Source of the DNA: an uncultured Actinomycetota bacterium
GTDB taxonomy: Bacteria; Actinomycetota; Actinomycetes; Propionibacteriales; Propionibacteriaceae
NCBI GenBank assembly: GCA_963730505.1
Contig: CAVSSB010000031.1
Span: 26,120 to 90,119, forward strand
Direction of reading: 5' to 3'
Length of the DNA: 64,000 nucleotides
In this document: in pieces, positions 44,905 through 55,135 of the stretch
Layout of the letters: every line of letters starts with the position of its first letter
Numbering within the stretch: position 1 is the stretch's first letter
Position numbers and translations under genes: made by a program
Notes under the pieces: model-generated
Databases searched by the model: none
The model's input: the letters and a program-made list of their open reading frames with translations, nothing else
What the model was told of the DNA's origin: nothing

Positions 44905-46617
44905 ATGTTCTCCACCACCTCCCCGCTTGGTCTCGCCGCCCGGGCGGATGCTTTGGACCGGCTCGCCAGCGAAGATCTGGACATCCTCGTCATTGGAGCG
45001 GGTGTCACCGGCTGCGGCTGCGCGCTCGATGCGATCACCCGCGGCCTGCGCGTCGGGTTGGTCGAGGCCCGTGATTTCGCGGCTGGTACGTCGAGCCGGT
45101 CCAGCAAGTTGTTTCACGGTGGGCTCCGCTATCTGGAGCACCTCAACTTCGCCCTGGTCTTCGAGGCCCTCAAAGAGCGCTCGCTCGCTCTCAACAAGCT
45201 GGCCCCGCATCTGGTGAAGCCTGTGCCGTTCCTGTACCCGCTGATGCGACCGGTGATCGACCGCGGCTATGGAGGCCTCGGCATCGGGGTGTACGACGTG
45301 CTCGGCGCCGGGCGCGGGGTGCCACAACACATGCGGCACCTGAGCCGGAAGCGCACGTTCGAGTCCTTTCCATCCGCAAATCGCGACACGGTGATCGGCT
45401 CGATCAGGTTCTACGAAGGCCAGGTCGACGACGCCAGACACACCATGATGATCGGCCGTACGGCGGCGCATTATGGTGCGGCGGTCGCCACCAGTGCTCG
45501 GGTGATCGGTTTCCTCCGGGAGGCGGACCGCGTTGCCGGCGTCACGGTCCGTGATCTTGAGTCCGGGCGCGAGTTCACCATTCGCGCCAAGCAGACGATC
45601 AATGCCGCAGGAGTTTGGATCGATGAGCTGCAGGAGATGCTGGGCGGTCGTGGGCAGTTCCGAGTCCGCGCATCCAAAGGTATCCATCTCGTGGTGCCCC
45701 GGAACCGCATCAACTCTATGACCGGATTGATCACTCGCACCGAGAAGAGCCTGCTCTTCATCATTCCCTGGGGCAGTCACTGGATCATCGGCACGACCGA
45801 CACCGACTGGCAGCTCGATCGGGCCCATCCGGCCGCGAGCTTGGCCGACATCGACTACTTGCTGGAACGCGCCAACACATTGCTGGCTGACCCACTGAAG
45901 CGCGAGGACGTGGTCGGCGTCTACGCCGGTCTGCGGCCGCTGCTGGCCGGCGAATCCGACTCAACGTCGAAGCTCTCCCGAGAGCATGCCGTCGCCTCTC
46001 CGGTCCGCGGCCTGGTGACCGTCGCTGGCGGCAAGTACACCACCTATCGGGTGATGGCAGCGGACGCCGTTGATGCGGCGGTCCGGGAGTTGGACAAGAA
46101 GGTGCCGGCGTCCTGCACCGAAGAGGTGCCGCTCTTGGGTGCCGACGGCTACCACGCGTTGTGGAACGCGCGGCCTTTGCTGGTCGACGAGACCGGCCTG
46201 CGTGATGTGCAGGTCGAGCACCTGCTCAACCGTTACGGCTCCTTGCTGCCCGAGCTGCTGGACATGATCAAATATTCCCCGGAGCTGGCGCACCCACTGG
46301 AGGGTGCTGCGGAGTATCTCAAGATCGAGGCCGTCTACGCTGCGTCCCACGAGGGAGCCCTGCACCTTGACGACATCCTGGCCCGGCGTACCCGCATCTC
46401 GATCGAGACATGGGACCGCGGCCTCATCGCGGCGCCGGAGGTCGCGCGCCTGGTTGCTCCCATCCTGGGCTGGGAAGCGGCCGATGTTGATCGTGAGGTG
46501 GAGCACTACCAGAAACGGGTTGCCGCCGAGCGCGAGTCACAAGACCAGCCAGATGACCTCTCGGCTGACGCCGCCCGCCTGGGAGCTCCTGACGTCCGGA
46601 TGGGACGCGTCCACTAA
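44905..46617 (+). CDS. glpD: FAD-dependent glycerol-3-phosphate dehydrogenase
   Basis: IGAGVTG, GTSSRSSKLFHGGLRYL, IGTTD, GLRPL, GGKYTTYR. Confidence 0.96.
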   Translation: MFSTTSPLGLAARADALDRLASEDLDILVIGAGVTGCGCALDAITRGLRVGLVEARDFAAGTSSRSSKLFHGGLRYLEHLNFALVFEALKERSLALNKLAPHLVKPVPFLYPLMRPVIDRGYGGLGIGVYDVLGAGRGVPQHMRHLSRKRTFESFPSANRDTVIGSIRFYEGQVDDARHTMMIGRTAAHYGAAVATSARVIGFLREADRVAGVTVRDLESGREFTIRAKQTINAAGVWIDELQEMLGGRGQFRVRASKGIHLVVPRNRINSMTGLITRTEKSLLFIIPWGSHWIIGTTDTDWQLDRAHPAASLADIDYLLERANTLLADPLKREDVVGVYAGLRPLLAGESDSTSKLSREHAVASPVRGLVTVAGGKYTTYRVMAADAVDAAVRELDKKVPASCTEEVPLLGADGYHALWNARPLLVDETGLRDVQVEHLLNRYGSLLPELLDMIKYSPELAHPLEGAAEYLKIEAVYAASHEGALHLDDILARRTRISIETWDRGLIAAPEVARLVAPILGWEAADVDREVEHYQKRVAAERESQDQPDDLSADAARLGAPDVRMGRVH

Positions 46618-46772
46618 GGCTGCTGGCGCGCGCTGTCCGGACAGCCGCGTCGAGTCAACAATGGTCTCGACGGCTACCTCTATCGACACTCTCCTCACGT
46701 GGCCCCAGACGTTGCCAGCTCAGCGTAAGGTCACGGCATGCCCTTCAATCCGACCAACCGGACCACGCTGGC

Positions 46773-47630
46773 ATGAACAATAAGGTTGGCAGCGTTCGCG
46801 ACCTCATCGGCGACTACATTGCAGAGCAGTGCACGGTCATCATCGACTCCGAGGCTCAGCTACGTGCCGGTGAGAACGTGGTTCACACGACGCGGGTGGC
46901 GGTACGCCGGTTGCGCAGCACGGTCCGGGTGTTCCCCGACCTGTTCGAAACCTCCGAGGTCGAGCATCTGGAAGAAGAGCTGGTGTGGTGGGCAGGCCTG
47001 CTCGGCCAAGTCAGGGATCTGGACATCCTGGCCCAAAGGCAAGCCGCACTACTGGCCGAGCTGCCGGCTGAGCTGATCCTTGGCCCGGTTGCGTCGACCA
47101 TCGAGGCTGAGCTGGCTGTGCAGCGCAAGCAGGCGGCCGATGCGGTTGCCGAGGCACTGGATTCTGAGCGTTTCCGGAAGCTGATGGGTCTGATGTATCA
47201 CTGGCGTAGCGACGCGCCATTCACACCGGCCGCCGACGCCTCCGCCGACGCGATCGACCCAATGATCAAGAATGCCCAGAAGAAGGCGCGCAGGCGGCTG
47301 ACAACCGCGGTTGCGGCGCGGCGCGGCGGCGAGCCATCAGATGAGCTGTTCCATCGGGCTCGAAAGGCGTCGAAGCGCTATCGGTATGCGGTGGAAGCTG
47401 CCCAGCCCGTCTGGGGTAGCAAAGCTGACAAGATCGTCTCGGATCGGAAGGATCTGCAAGACCTGCTCGGGAATCATCAGGATGCCATTGTGAGCGCTGC
47501 CTTCCTTCGCGAACTCGGCGCTCGGCTCGGGATCCGGTCAGGTCAGAACGGGTTCAGCTACGGAGTCTTATACGCCCGCGAGGTCTACGCCGGCGATTCG
47601 CTGCTGGACGACCTCAAGCCCTATCTCTAG
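46773..47630 (+). CDS. Stand-alone CHAD domain protein (polyphosphate binding)
   Basis: VH.TRVAVRRLRS, LG.VRDLD, FH.ARK..KRYRYA.E, LQDLLG.HQD. Confidence 0.88.
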   Translation: MNNKVGSVRDLIGDYIAEQCTVIIDSEAQLRAGENVVHTTRVAVRRLRSTVRVFPDLFETSEVEHLEEELVWWAGLLGQVRDLDILAQRQAALLAELPAELILGPVASTIEAELAVQRKQAADAVAEALDSERFRKLMGLMYHWRSDAPFTPAADASADAIDPMIKNAQKKARRRLTTAVAARRGGEPSDELFHRARKASKRYRYAVEAAQPVWGSKADKIVSDRKDLQDLLGNHQDAIVSAAFLRELGARLGIRSGQNGFSYGVLYAREVYAGDSLLDDLKPYL

Positions 47631-47727
47631 TTGGGGCCGGTATGCGCCGCAACGTGTCGTCGCTGCAATCGGGAGCACCGGTGCCAGACTGAAAGGGCGA
47701 GACTGCAGAGGGGAGAATCTGCGTTCG

Positions 47728-50169
47728 ATGGCTAGAACACCAGCACCACCAGAGGACGACTTTACCGAGCGAATCGTCGACATTGATGTCTCCTCGGAGA
47801 TGCAGACCAGCTTCTTGGAGTACGCGTACTCGGTGATCTATTCCCGGGCCCTTCCTGACGCCCGGGATGGGCTCAAGCCGGTACAGCGGCGGATCTTGTA
47901 CTCGATGGACGAGATGGGCGTACGGCCGGACCGTTCGCACGTCAAGTGCGCCCGCGTGGTCGGTCAGGTCATGGGTCAGTACCACCCGCATGGCGACGGT
48001 GCTATCTACGATGCGCTCGTCAGAACCGCGCAGCCGTGGACCATGCGATTGCCCCTGGTCGACGGCCACGGCAACTTTGGATCGCTGGACGACGGCCCGG
48101 CGGCAATGCGTTACACGGAGTGCCGGATGGCACCAGCCGCCGCGGCCATGACCGACGGACTCGACGAAGACACCGTTGACTTCAAGCCGAATTACGATGG
48201 CAAGGACATCGAGCCGACGGTGCTCCCCGCGGCTTTCCCCAACCTCTTGGTCAACGGCGCGACGGGGATCGCGGTCGGTATGGCAACCAACTGCCCGCCG
48301 CACAACCTGGTGGAGGTTATCCAGGCGCTACGTCACTTGATCAAGCACCCAGACGCCGACGTCGACGAGCTGATGCGTTTCATTCCCGGGCCTGATCTGC
48401 CGAGTGGCGGCAAGATCATCGGACTGGACGGTGTGCGCGCTGCCTACCACACCGGAAAAGGATCATTTCGTATCCGCGCCACCGCGCGGATCGAGCAGGT
48501 GCATCCACGTCGTAAGGGCATCGTGATCACCGAACTGCCCTATCTGATCGGCCCAGAGCGAGTGATCGAACAAATCAAGAGCCTTGTCAACGCCCGCAAG
48601 CTACAGGGCATCGCCGACGTCAAGGATCTATCGGACCGGGCTAATGGAACTCGGCTGGTGATCGAGATCAAGAGCGGCTTCAATCCCGACGTCCTACTGG
48701 AACAGCTCTACAAGCTGACCAAGATCGAGGACAACTACGCGATCAATGCCGTGGCCCTGGTCGACGGCCAGCCGCGCACGCTGACGCTCCGCGACATGCT
48801 CACCGTCTATCTCGAGCATCGCTACGAGGTAACGCGGCGCCGGACAGAGTTCGCCAGGACGAAGGCCCGAGAGCGGCTTCACCTGGTCGAAGGTTTGCTG
48901 GTGGCGATCCTCGATATCGATGACGTCATCGCCATCATCCGCTCATCTGATGACACCGCCCAGGCCCGCTCGCGGCTGATGGAGGTGTTCGAGCTTTCGG
49001 AAACACAGACCAACTACATCCTCGAGATGCCGCTCCGCAGGCTCACCCGATTCAGCCGGATCGAGCTCGAGACCGAGCGGGACAAGCTGGTAGCGACCAT
49101 CGCCGAGCTCACCGAGATCTTGGACAACCCTGAGCAGCTCCGCACGCTCGTCGGCAACCAGCTTGCCGAGATTGCCCAGCAGCACGGCAGCCCGCGCCGG
49201 ACGATCTTGCTGGCGGCGAGCGGCGTTGCGGCCATCGCTACCACTGCTCCGCTGGAAGTCGCGGACGATCCCTGTTGGGTACTGCTCTCCTCCGCCGGTC
49301 TGCTGGCCCGCACCAATCACGCGCAGCCATTACCGCCTGTGGGTGCACGAGCCAACCACGACCTCGTCATGTCCAAGATCATCTCGACTGCTCGTGGCGA
49401 CTGCGGACTTGTCACCAGCGCCGGCCGGCTGATCAAGATCTCTGCGCTCGATCTCCCAACTGTCCCCAGCACCGCCCATGCACCCAACCTCCAGGGTGGT
49501 ACTCATGTGAGCGAGCTGGTCACTCTTGCCGCCGATGAGAAAGTGCTCTGCCTGACAACGCTGACCGCGGATTCGCTGGGCCTGGCACTCGGCACAGCGC
49601 AGGGTGTGGTGAAGCGGGTCAATCCGGAGGTGCTCGGCAAAGACGCGTGGGATGTGATCCGACTGGAGCCTGGCGATCGCGTAGTCGGCGCAGTTGAACT
49701 CACCAGCACCGAAGCCGAGCTGGTCTTCATCACCAACGACGCCCAACTGCTGCGCTTCCCCGCCGCTGCGGTACGACCGCAGGGTCGCCCTGGAGGCGGC
49801 ATGGTGGGCATCAAGCTCGGTATCGGCGGACGTGCCATCTACTTCGGCGCGATAACCACGGCCGACGCGGTGGTCGCCACCGTGTCCGGCACGTCTCGTG
49901 CCCTGCCTGGAACCGATGCCGGCTCCGTCAAGATCACCGAGTTTCGACATTATCCGGCCAAGGGCCGGGCAACCGGTGGAGTACGCTGCCATCGGTTCCT
50001 CAAGGGCGAGGATTCTCTACTGCTCGCCTGGGCGGGGCCGGCGCCTGCCATCGCCGCTGCGGCTAGCGGCAGTCCCGTTCCGTTGCCGGCCGCAGACACC
50101 CGGCGCGACGGATCAGGAACCCCCGGCAGTCAGCCCATCGCGGCGATTGGCTCGGCCGCCGCCGGCTGA
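47728..50169 (+). CDS. parC: Type IIA topoisomerase subunit A (topoisomerase IV ParC-type)
   Basis: [34 protein letters not shown]; degenerate CTD; not in a gyrBA operon. Confidence 0.88.
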   Translation: MARTPAPPEDDFTERIVDIDVSSEMQTSFLEYAYSVIYSRALPDARDGLKPVQRRILYSMDEMGVRPDRSHVKCARVVGQVMGQYHPHGDGAIYDALVRTAQPWTMRLPLVDGHGNFGSLDDGPAAMRYTECRMAPAAAAMTDGLDEDTVDFKPNYDGKDIEPTVLPAAFPNLLVNGATGIAVGMATNCPPHNLVEVIQALRHLIKHPDADVDELMRFIPGPDLPSGGKIIGLDGVRAAYHTGKGSFRIRATARIEQVHPRRKGIVITELPYLIGPERVIEQIKSLVNARKLQGIADVKDLSDRANGTRLVIEIKSGFNPDVLLEQLYKLTKIEDNYAINAVALVDGQPRTLTLRDMLTVYLEHRYEVTRRRTEFARTKARERLHLVEGLLVAILDIDDVIAIIRSSDDTAQARSRLMEVFELSETQTNYILEMPLRRLTRFSRIELETERDKLVATIAELTEILDNPEQLRTLVGNQLAEIAQQHGSPRRTILLAASGVAAIATTAPLEVADDPCWVLLSSAGLLARTNHAQPLPPVGARANHDLVMSKIISTARGDCGLVTSAGRLIKISALDLPTVPSTAHAPNLQGGTHVSELVTLAADEKVLCLTTLTADSLGLALGTAQGVVKRVNPEVLGKDAWDVIRLEPGDRVVGAVELTSTEAELVFITNDAQLLRFPAAAVRPQGRPGGGMVGIKLGIGGRAIYFGAITTADAVVATVSGTSRALPGTDAGSVKITEFRHYPAKGRATGGVRCHRFLKGEDSLLLAWAGPAPAIAAAASGSPVPLPAADTRRDGSGTPGSQPIAAIGSAAAG

Positions 50170-50196
50170 TCAGGTTCGCATTGGAGGTCGATACCC

Positions 50197-50736
50197 GTGG
50201 ACCGCGCTCCAGAGCATCGGCCGGACCATCATGAGTCCACTGACGGCGCCTTCGACGATCTACTGGCCAACAACAAGAAGTTCGCTGAGCGCTTTGATCA
50301 ACATGGCTTCGACGGGGTTGCCCATGCAGGAGTCTTGATGATCACCTGCATGGACTCCAGAATCGTTCCACTCGAAATGGTCGGGCTGACCTTCGGTGAC
50401 GCCAAGATCATCCGTACCCCGGGCGGTCGGGTGACCACCTCGGCGCTGGCTGGATGTATTGCCGGTGTCCACCTGCTTCAGGTGAACCGGATCATGGTGA
50501 TCCCCCACAGCCGCTGTGCTATGGCGGCTGCCGACGATGATGTGATCATCGAGGAGATCCGAAATGCCAGCGGTGCCGACGCCTCTTGGGTGCGGTTCGG
50601 TGCCTCGGCCGACCAGCGGCGTACTCTGCATCGCGACGTTGAGAAGCTCCGGAATCATCCACTGGTCGGCGACCGAGCAGCCGTAGGCGGCTTCTACTAC
50701 GACGTAGACACCGGTCTCCTGGAACGCTGGGACTAA
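50197..50736 (+). CDS. Beta-class carbonic anhydrase
   Basis: TCMDSR, RTPGGR, HSRC zinc ligands, YDVDTG. Confidence 0.9.
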   Translation: MDRAPEHRPDHHESTDGAFDDLLANNKKFAERFDQHGFDGVAHAGVLMITCMDSRIVPLEMVGLTFGDAKIIRTPGGRVTTSALAGCIAGVHLLQVNRIMVIPHSRCAMAAADDDVIIEEIRNASGADASWVRFGASADQRRTLHRDVEKLRNHPLVGDRAAVGGFYYDVDTGLLERWD

Positions 50737-50747
50737 CTCCCTACGCG

Positions 50748-52823
50748 TTACGCGTCGATGGTGGCAGCGTCGAGGGCGTACGCCCCGTCGATGATGAACG
50801 CCTTGCGGGGCACGACATCATTGCCCATCAGCATCTCGAAGGTGGCTTCGGCGAGCAGCCCGTCATCCACCGTCATTCTGCGTAGCGTACGGTGCCGTGG
50901 ATTCATCGTTGTCTCGGCGAGCTGATCAGCGTCCATCTCGCCAAGGCCCTTGTAGCGCTGCGGCTCCTTGAAGTGCAGGCCGCGCTTGGTCAGCTCAGCC
51001 GCTTTCCGTTGGTACTCAGCGTCGGAGTAGGTGTAGATGTACTTCTCCTGGCCCTTGCGGGCATTGGTCAGCTCGAAGCGATGCAGGGGCGGCACGGCGG
51101 TAAAGACCCGTCCGGCAGCCACCAGCGGGCGCATGTACCGGAAAAACAACGTCGCCAGCAAACAGCGGATGTGGGCACCGTCGGAATCGGCGTCGGCCAT
51201 GAAGATGATCTTGCCGTAACGCGCCGCTTCAAGATCGAAGGTGCGGCCAGAGCCTGCGCCGACGACTTGAATGATCGAGCCGCACTCGGTGTTTTTCAGC
51301 ATGTCGCCGATCGACGCCTTCTGCACGTTGAGGATCTTTCCCCGGATCGGCAACAGCGCCTGGAACTCGGAGTTCCTGGCCAGCTTGGCCGTACCGAGGG
51401 CCGAGTCGCCTTCGACGATGAACAGTTCGGTTCGGTCAATGTCGTTGCTGCGGCAGTCAACGAGCTTGGCTGGCAGTGATGATGACTCGAGCGCATTCTT
51501 GCGCCGCTGCGCCTCCCGGTGCTGGCGGGCAGCTACTCGAGCCCGCGCGGCGCCAACGACTTTCTCCAATACCGCGCGCGCCTGCGCCCTGGTCGCCATC
51601 TTGGTGGATCCCAAGAACCTCGTGAGCTCATGTTCGACGGTCTTGGCCACCAGCCGTGACACTGCCGGCGTGCCGAGCACTTCCTTGGTCTGACCTTCGA
51701 ATTGCGGCTCCGCCAGCCGCACGGTAACCACCGCCGTCATGCCCTCGAGCACATCGTCCTTCAGCACCTCGTCGCCGTTCTTCAGCAGTCGAGTGTTGTG
51801 GAGCGCGTTCACAAAAGCTTTGGTCAGTCCGCGTTCGAACCCTGCGACATGGGTGCCACCTTTGGGTGTGGCGATGATGTTCACGAACGAATGGGTACGC
51901 GTCTCGTAGCCCTCACCCCAACGGACGGCAACATCGATGTCCAGGTCACGCTCAACGTCTGCGGGCTCCATATGGCCCGCATCATCCAGCATGGGGACGG
52001 TCTCAGTGAACCGATCGGTGCCGCGCAGCCGGATGACGGCACTGATGGGTTGGTCCGGAGCGAGGAACTCGCAGAATTCGGAGATACCTCCCTGGTGCAG
52101 GAACGTCTCTTCGATGACGTCTGGGGTACGCGCATCGGTGATGTGGAGCGCCAAACCCGGGATCAAAAAGCTGGTCTGCCTGGCGCGGTCTTGGAGATCC
52201 CGAAACGACAGCTGGGCGTCGTGGAGAAAGATCTGCCGATCGGGCCAGTAGGTCACCCGGGTACCAGTGGTCCCCTTCGGTACCCGTCCAATCTTGCGGA
52301 GCTCACTTCCGGGGGTGAACTTCGCCGTCGGACCGGACCCGTCAAACGTCCCAGGAACGCCACGACGGAATGACATAGCCCAGGTAGCGGAGTTGCGGTC
52401 CACCTCGACGTCAAGCCGACTCGACAACGCATTGACAACCGAAGAACCCACGCCGTGCAGCCCGCCCGTCGCGTTGTATGAGCCGGCGCCGAACTTGCCC
52501 CCCGCGTGCAGTTTGGTGAAGACCACCTCTACCCCGGAGAGGCCGGTCCGCGGTTCGATATCTACCGGAATACCACGAGCTCGGTCGTTCACTGAGATGC
52601 CACCATCCGAGCGCAGTGTGACGAAGATCTCCTTGCCATGGCCGCCGAGCGCCTCGTCGACCGCATTGTCGATGATCTCCCACAGGCAGTGCATCAGCCC
52701 TCTGGTGTCGGTGGAGCCGATGTACATCGCGGGCCGTTTCCGAACGGCCTCAAGCCCCTCCAGCACCAGCAGGTGCCGTGCCTCATATTCACGGCTTTCC
52801 GTTGCTGGGCTGGCAGTTGGCAC
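50748..52823 (-). CDS. parE: Type IIA topoisomerase subunit B (topoisomerase IV ParE-type)
   Basis: EGLEAVRKRP.MYIG, EIIDNAVDE, LHAGGKF, VEGDSA, PIRGKILN, DADSDG, RYKGLGEM. Confidence 0.9.
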   Translation of the reverse strand: MPTASPATESREYEARHLLVLEGLEAVRKRPAMYIGSTDTRGLMHCLWEIIDNAVDEALGGHGKEIFVTLRSDGGISVNDRARGIPVDIEPRTGLSGVEVVFTKLHAGGKFGAGSYNATGGLHGVGSSVVNALSSRLDVEVDRNSATWAMSFRRGVPGTFDGSGPTAKFTPGSELRKIGRVPKGTTGTRVTYWPDRQIFLHDAQLSFRDLQDRARQTSFLIPGLALHITDARTPDVIEETFLHQGGISEFCEFLAPDQPISAVIRLRGTDRFTETVPMLDDAGHMEPADVERDLDIDVAVRWGEGYETRTHSFVNIIATPKGGTHVAGFERGLTKAFVNALHNTRLLKNGDEVLKDDVLEGMTAVVTVRLAEPQFEGQTKEVLGTPAVSRLVAKTVEHELTRFLGSTKMATRAQARAVLEKVVGAARARVAARQHREAQRRKNALESSSLPAKLVDCRSNDIDRTELFIVEGDSALGTAKLARNSEFQALLPIRGKILNVQKASIGDMLKNTECGSIIQVVGAGSGRTFDLEAARYGKIIFMADADSDGAHIRCLLATLFFRYMRPLVAAGRVFTAVPPLHRFELTNARKGQEKYIYTYSDAEYQRKAAELTKRGLHFKEPQRYKGLGEMDADQLAETTMNPRHRTLRRMTVDDGLLAEATFEMLMGNDVVPRKAFIIDGAYALDAATIDA

Positions 52824-53088
52824 GCGCCGAGATTACCTCGCGAGCGGCGTTCCAACCGGCGCACGGGCCCAATCCGAACCGTGTGTCGTACTCGAAACCT
52901 TGGTGGCAGGACGGCGACCCAAGGCGGAACGATTCACAGGATTCGTTACACAACAGTCATTGCCTCGAGATGAGGAGACGGAACAATCAGAGGCAGACGA
53001 GATGTTGAAGAAATGCCAGGCGGGTGTCGCAACCGCGATACCGCTCAAACAGCAAGATCATCTGATCGTCAGGAAGGGAGGCCCGACC

Positions 53089-53286
53089 GTGAGCACTCCT
53101 GTTATCGAAGATTCCCACTTGAACGCCTCAGATCGTTGCGATCGGTGTGGCGCGCAAGCCTACGTACGAGTCACCATGGCCAGCGGCTTCGACCTTCTCT
53201 TCTGCTCACATCACAGCAAGGAGCACGCTGACAAGCTCAAGCAAATAGCGCTGACGATCCACGATGAGACACAGCGCATCGACTAG
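53089..53286 (+). CDS. Small Zn-binding conserved protein (DUF7455-like)
   Basis: DRCDRCGAQAYV...LLFCSHH; GGGAGG SD upstream of GTG 53089; C-terminal part of track ORF 52267..53286. Confidence 0.85.
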   Translation: MSTPVIEDSHLNASDRCDRCGAQAYVRVTMASGFDLLFCSHHSKEHADKLKQIALTIHDETQRID

Positions 53287-53304
53287 ACCCCTGAGACGCC
53301 TCAG

Positions 53305-53338
53305 CCGGCCCCAGCCAATTCACCATGGTTGGGGCCGG
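53305..53338. terminator. Hairpin between the small Zn protein gene and the original sigA 3' end
   Basis: CCGGCCCCAGCCA / TGGTTGGGGCCGG 13-bp stem with one G-U pair. Confidence 0.65.
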
Positions 53339-53377
53339 TCTGCGTCTGCAATGCGAGCTTGAGCTACCTGAGGCGCT

Positions 53378-53395
53378 AGTCCAGATAGTCCCGCA
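53378..53395. repeat. att core direct repeat, left junction (displaced native sigA 3' end)
   Basis: AGTCCAGATAGTCCCGCA identical to 63684-63701; minus strand reads LRDYLD then TAG. Confidence 0.93.
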
Positions 53396-53539
53396 TTAGG
53401 GACGACCCAACGCTATGCATCTGAGCGTGTTTCGCGACAGGTTTGCGAGCGCTGTGGGGCGAAATATTCCCGACTGAGTCGGGCGGTCCCGGTTCGCGTT
53501 AGCGGCGCTCCCCGGGACCTCGATGCCCCAGGAGGCACC

Positions 53540-53782
53540 GTGTCCCCATCCTCCCCTATCGTGCTCGCCAGCGGGCAGCTCACCCGTTCCGGCGACCAAC
53601 TGATCATCGAGCTAGTCCAGCCCGATTCGATGCCCGCGGCGGTCCGCGTGGTTTGGCCGGTGAAACCCTCCGTCACCGCACCCACACCTAAAGCGCTCGC
53701 GGCGTTGGCGGCGGCGATGGTGCGTTGCCTGGCGGAGGCTCAGACGGAACTCGCCGCGATTAAGGCGGGCCGACGACTGTGA
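53540..53782 (+). CDS. Hypothetical small protein
   Basis: 80 aa; GGAGG SD 4 nt before GTG. Confidence 0.6.
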   Translation: MSPSSPIVLASGQLTRSGDQLIIELVQPDSMPAAVRVVWPVKPSVTAPTPKALAALAAAMVRCLAEAQTELAAIKAGRRL

Positions 53783-53818
53783 ACTGCTCGGGTGAAGATG
53801 ACCGCCCGGACCGCCCAC

Positions 53819-53968
53819 CTACCCGTTAAGGGGAAACTGCCCAGTCTCAAGATGTGATCTGATGAGCCCGCACCGTTTGCACGTCCATACCGTTTCGTGC
53901 TTCTCGGCATCCCAGCCGTTGTGCCACTGATGTCGACGGAACAGGCAGCGCAATTTTTGAGGCAGCAT
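53819..53968 (-). CDS. 49-aa Cys/His Zn-binding microprotein (DUF1660-like), not in ORF track
   Basis: My translation: MLPQKLRCLFRRHQWHNGWDAEKHETVWTCKRCGLIRSHLETGQFPLNG; paralog of 54121..54270. Confidence 0.7.
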   Translation of the reverse strand: MLPQKLRCLFRRHQWHNGWDAEKHETVWTCKRCGLIRSHLETGQFPLNG

Positions 53969-54120
53969 CCGAACACTTCCCAGTCTCGATCACAGTAGCG
54001 AGAAGTGACCTGGCTGTATACGTTCCCCTGACCGCTCACTCGTTTCTGGCTCTTGCTGGCTAAGGAGCCGCTCGCTCCGCCGTCCCGGCCCGCTCGCGGC
54101 TCCCAAGAGGTCGAGTTGGC

Positions 54121-54270
54121 CTAGTAGCTCCCCGGGCCCGCCCCGTAGTCGGTCAGGGTGTACTTCTCCCGATAGGCGCCGCAGCGCGTGCAGAGCTGGT
54201 ACCTCTGGCCCTCGTCGTTGTGGTACGTGTGCCAAACGTGCAGATGAAGCAGGCACCTGAACGGCTTCAT
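54121..54270 (-). CDS. 49-aa Cys/His Zn-binding microprotein (DUF1660-like)
   Basis: MKPFRCLLHLHVWHTYHNDEGQRYQLCTRCGAYREKYTLTDYGAGPGSY; C-x4-H-x-W...CxxC. Confidence 0.7.
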   Translation of the reverse strand: MKPFRCLLHLHVWHTYHNDEGQRYQLCTRCGAYREKYTLTDYGAGPGSY

Positions 54271-54533
54271 CTCCGCAGTCTGTCGGAGACCCCAGCTAAC
54301 AACTCCATCGGGTGCGGACCGACCGCAGGTATTCCAGGACTTGCGCCGCCTCCCCCTGGTCGGCCCGCCCTTTATCAAGCTACGGGTAGCCGGTGAGAGC
54401 CTTCCACGTACACCGCGCAAACATTCCACAGCCTGCAGTGCCGTAGTGTCCGGGTGCGTGCGACCCATCTGGGTGACGCTGTTCGTAAGATCCGGGCTCT
54501 TCCTTCCTGGCGTGCTAAGGCGATCCCGGAGGG

Positions 54534-54683
54534 TCATTCCCGCAGTCGGAATTCGTGCCGCTCTCCGGCGGTCCCCACCACGGATGACGATCCTCGCACC
54601 AATACTCCCGTGAACATGCCTACGACGATGAAGAAGCCGACGACCGCCAGAAGAGCGAACACGACGAGGGCGGGGTTAGCCAT
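54534..54683 (-). CDS. 49-aa single-TM microprotein, not in ORF track
   Basis: MANPALVVFALLAVVGFFIVVGMFTGVLVRGSSSVVGTAGERHEFRLRE; GGAG upstream. Confidence 0.55.
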   Translation of the reverse strand: MANPALVVFALLAVVGFFIVVGMFTGVLVRGSSSVVGTAGERHEFRLRE

Positions 54684-54720
54684 ACGCGGAGCTCCGTGGT
54701 CACGTCGGCACCAGACCTAT

Positions 54721-54831
54721 CTAGTCCCGCCATCCGATCAGGTACCAGTTGGCAACGAGCATCCCGAAGAAGAAGAAGGCGATCCCGATGGTCTCGACCA
54801 CCGTCAAGGCGATCAGCTTCGCATACGTCAC
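54721..54831 (-). CDS. 36-aa single-TM microprotein, not in ORF track
   Basis: GTG start: MTYAKLIALTVVETIGIAFFFFGMLVANWYLIGWRD. Confidence 0.5.
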   Translation of the reverse strand: MTYAKLIALTVVETIGIAFFFFGMLVANWYLIGWRD

Positions 54832-54835
54832 GGCG

Positions 54836-54946
54836 TCACCAGTCCATTACCGAGACGTAGTAGGTGAAGGCGTGATAGCCGAGAATGAGCCCGAGCGGGA
54901 TCGAGACGATCTGCGTCAGTGCCAAGGCGATGCGCTTCGCGGTCAT
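54836..54946 (-). CDS. 36-aa single-TM microprotein, not in ORF track
   Basis: MTAKRIALALTQIVSIPLGLILGYHAFTYYVSVMDW; 4 nt upstream of the next 36-aa ORF. Confidence 0.5.
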   Translation of the reverse strand: MTAKRIALALTQIVSIPLGLILGYHAFTYYVSVMDW

Positions 54947-55135
54947 GCCGTCGAATCATAGGGGACATACGTCGCAGTCACTGGTGTGACAGGGAGTCTG
55001 TAAAACTCTCACGTCAGGGGTCGTAGTGAGCGGTGGGCCACGCCATCGAGACAAGACTGATAGGTCAAAAAGCTCAGCGAATGACATATCTAGACGTACA
55101 GACCAGCGCCTGACGAACGGCTGTGCGCAGCCAAG

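Noticed and set aside
43999-45828. 609-aa minus-strand ORF, and similar shadow ORFs such as 47614..48303 and 2446..3369
   Set aside because: Antisense shadows of well-supported genes, common in high-GC DNA
47728-52823. Second gyrA/gyrB-like pair as a novelty
   Set aside because: Convergent topoisomerase IV-type genes near sigA are established in many actinobacteria
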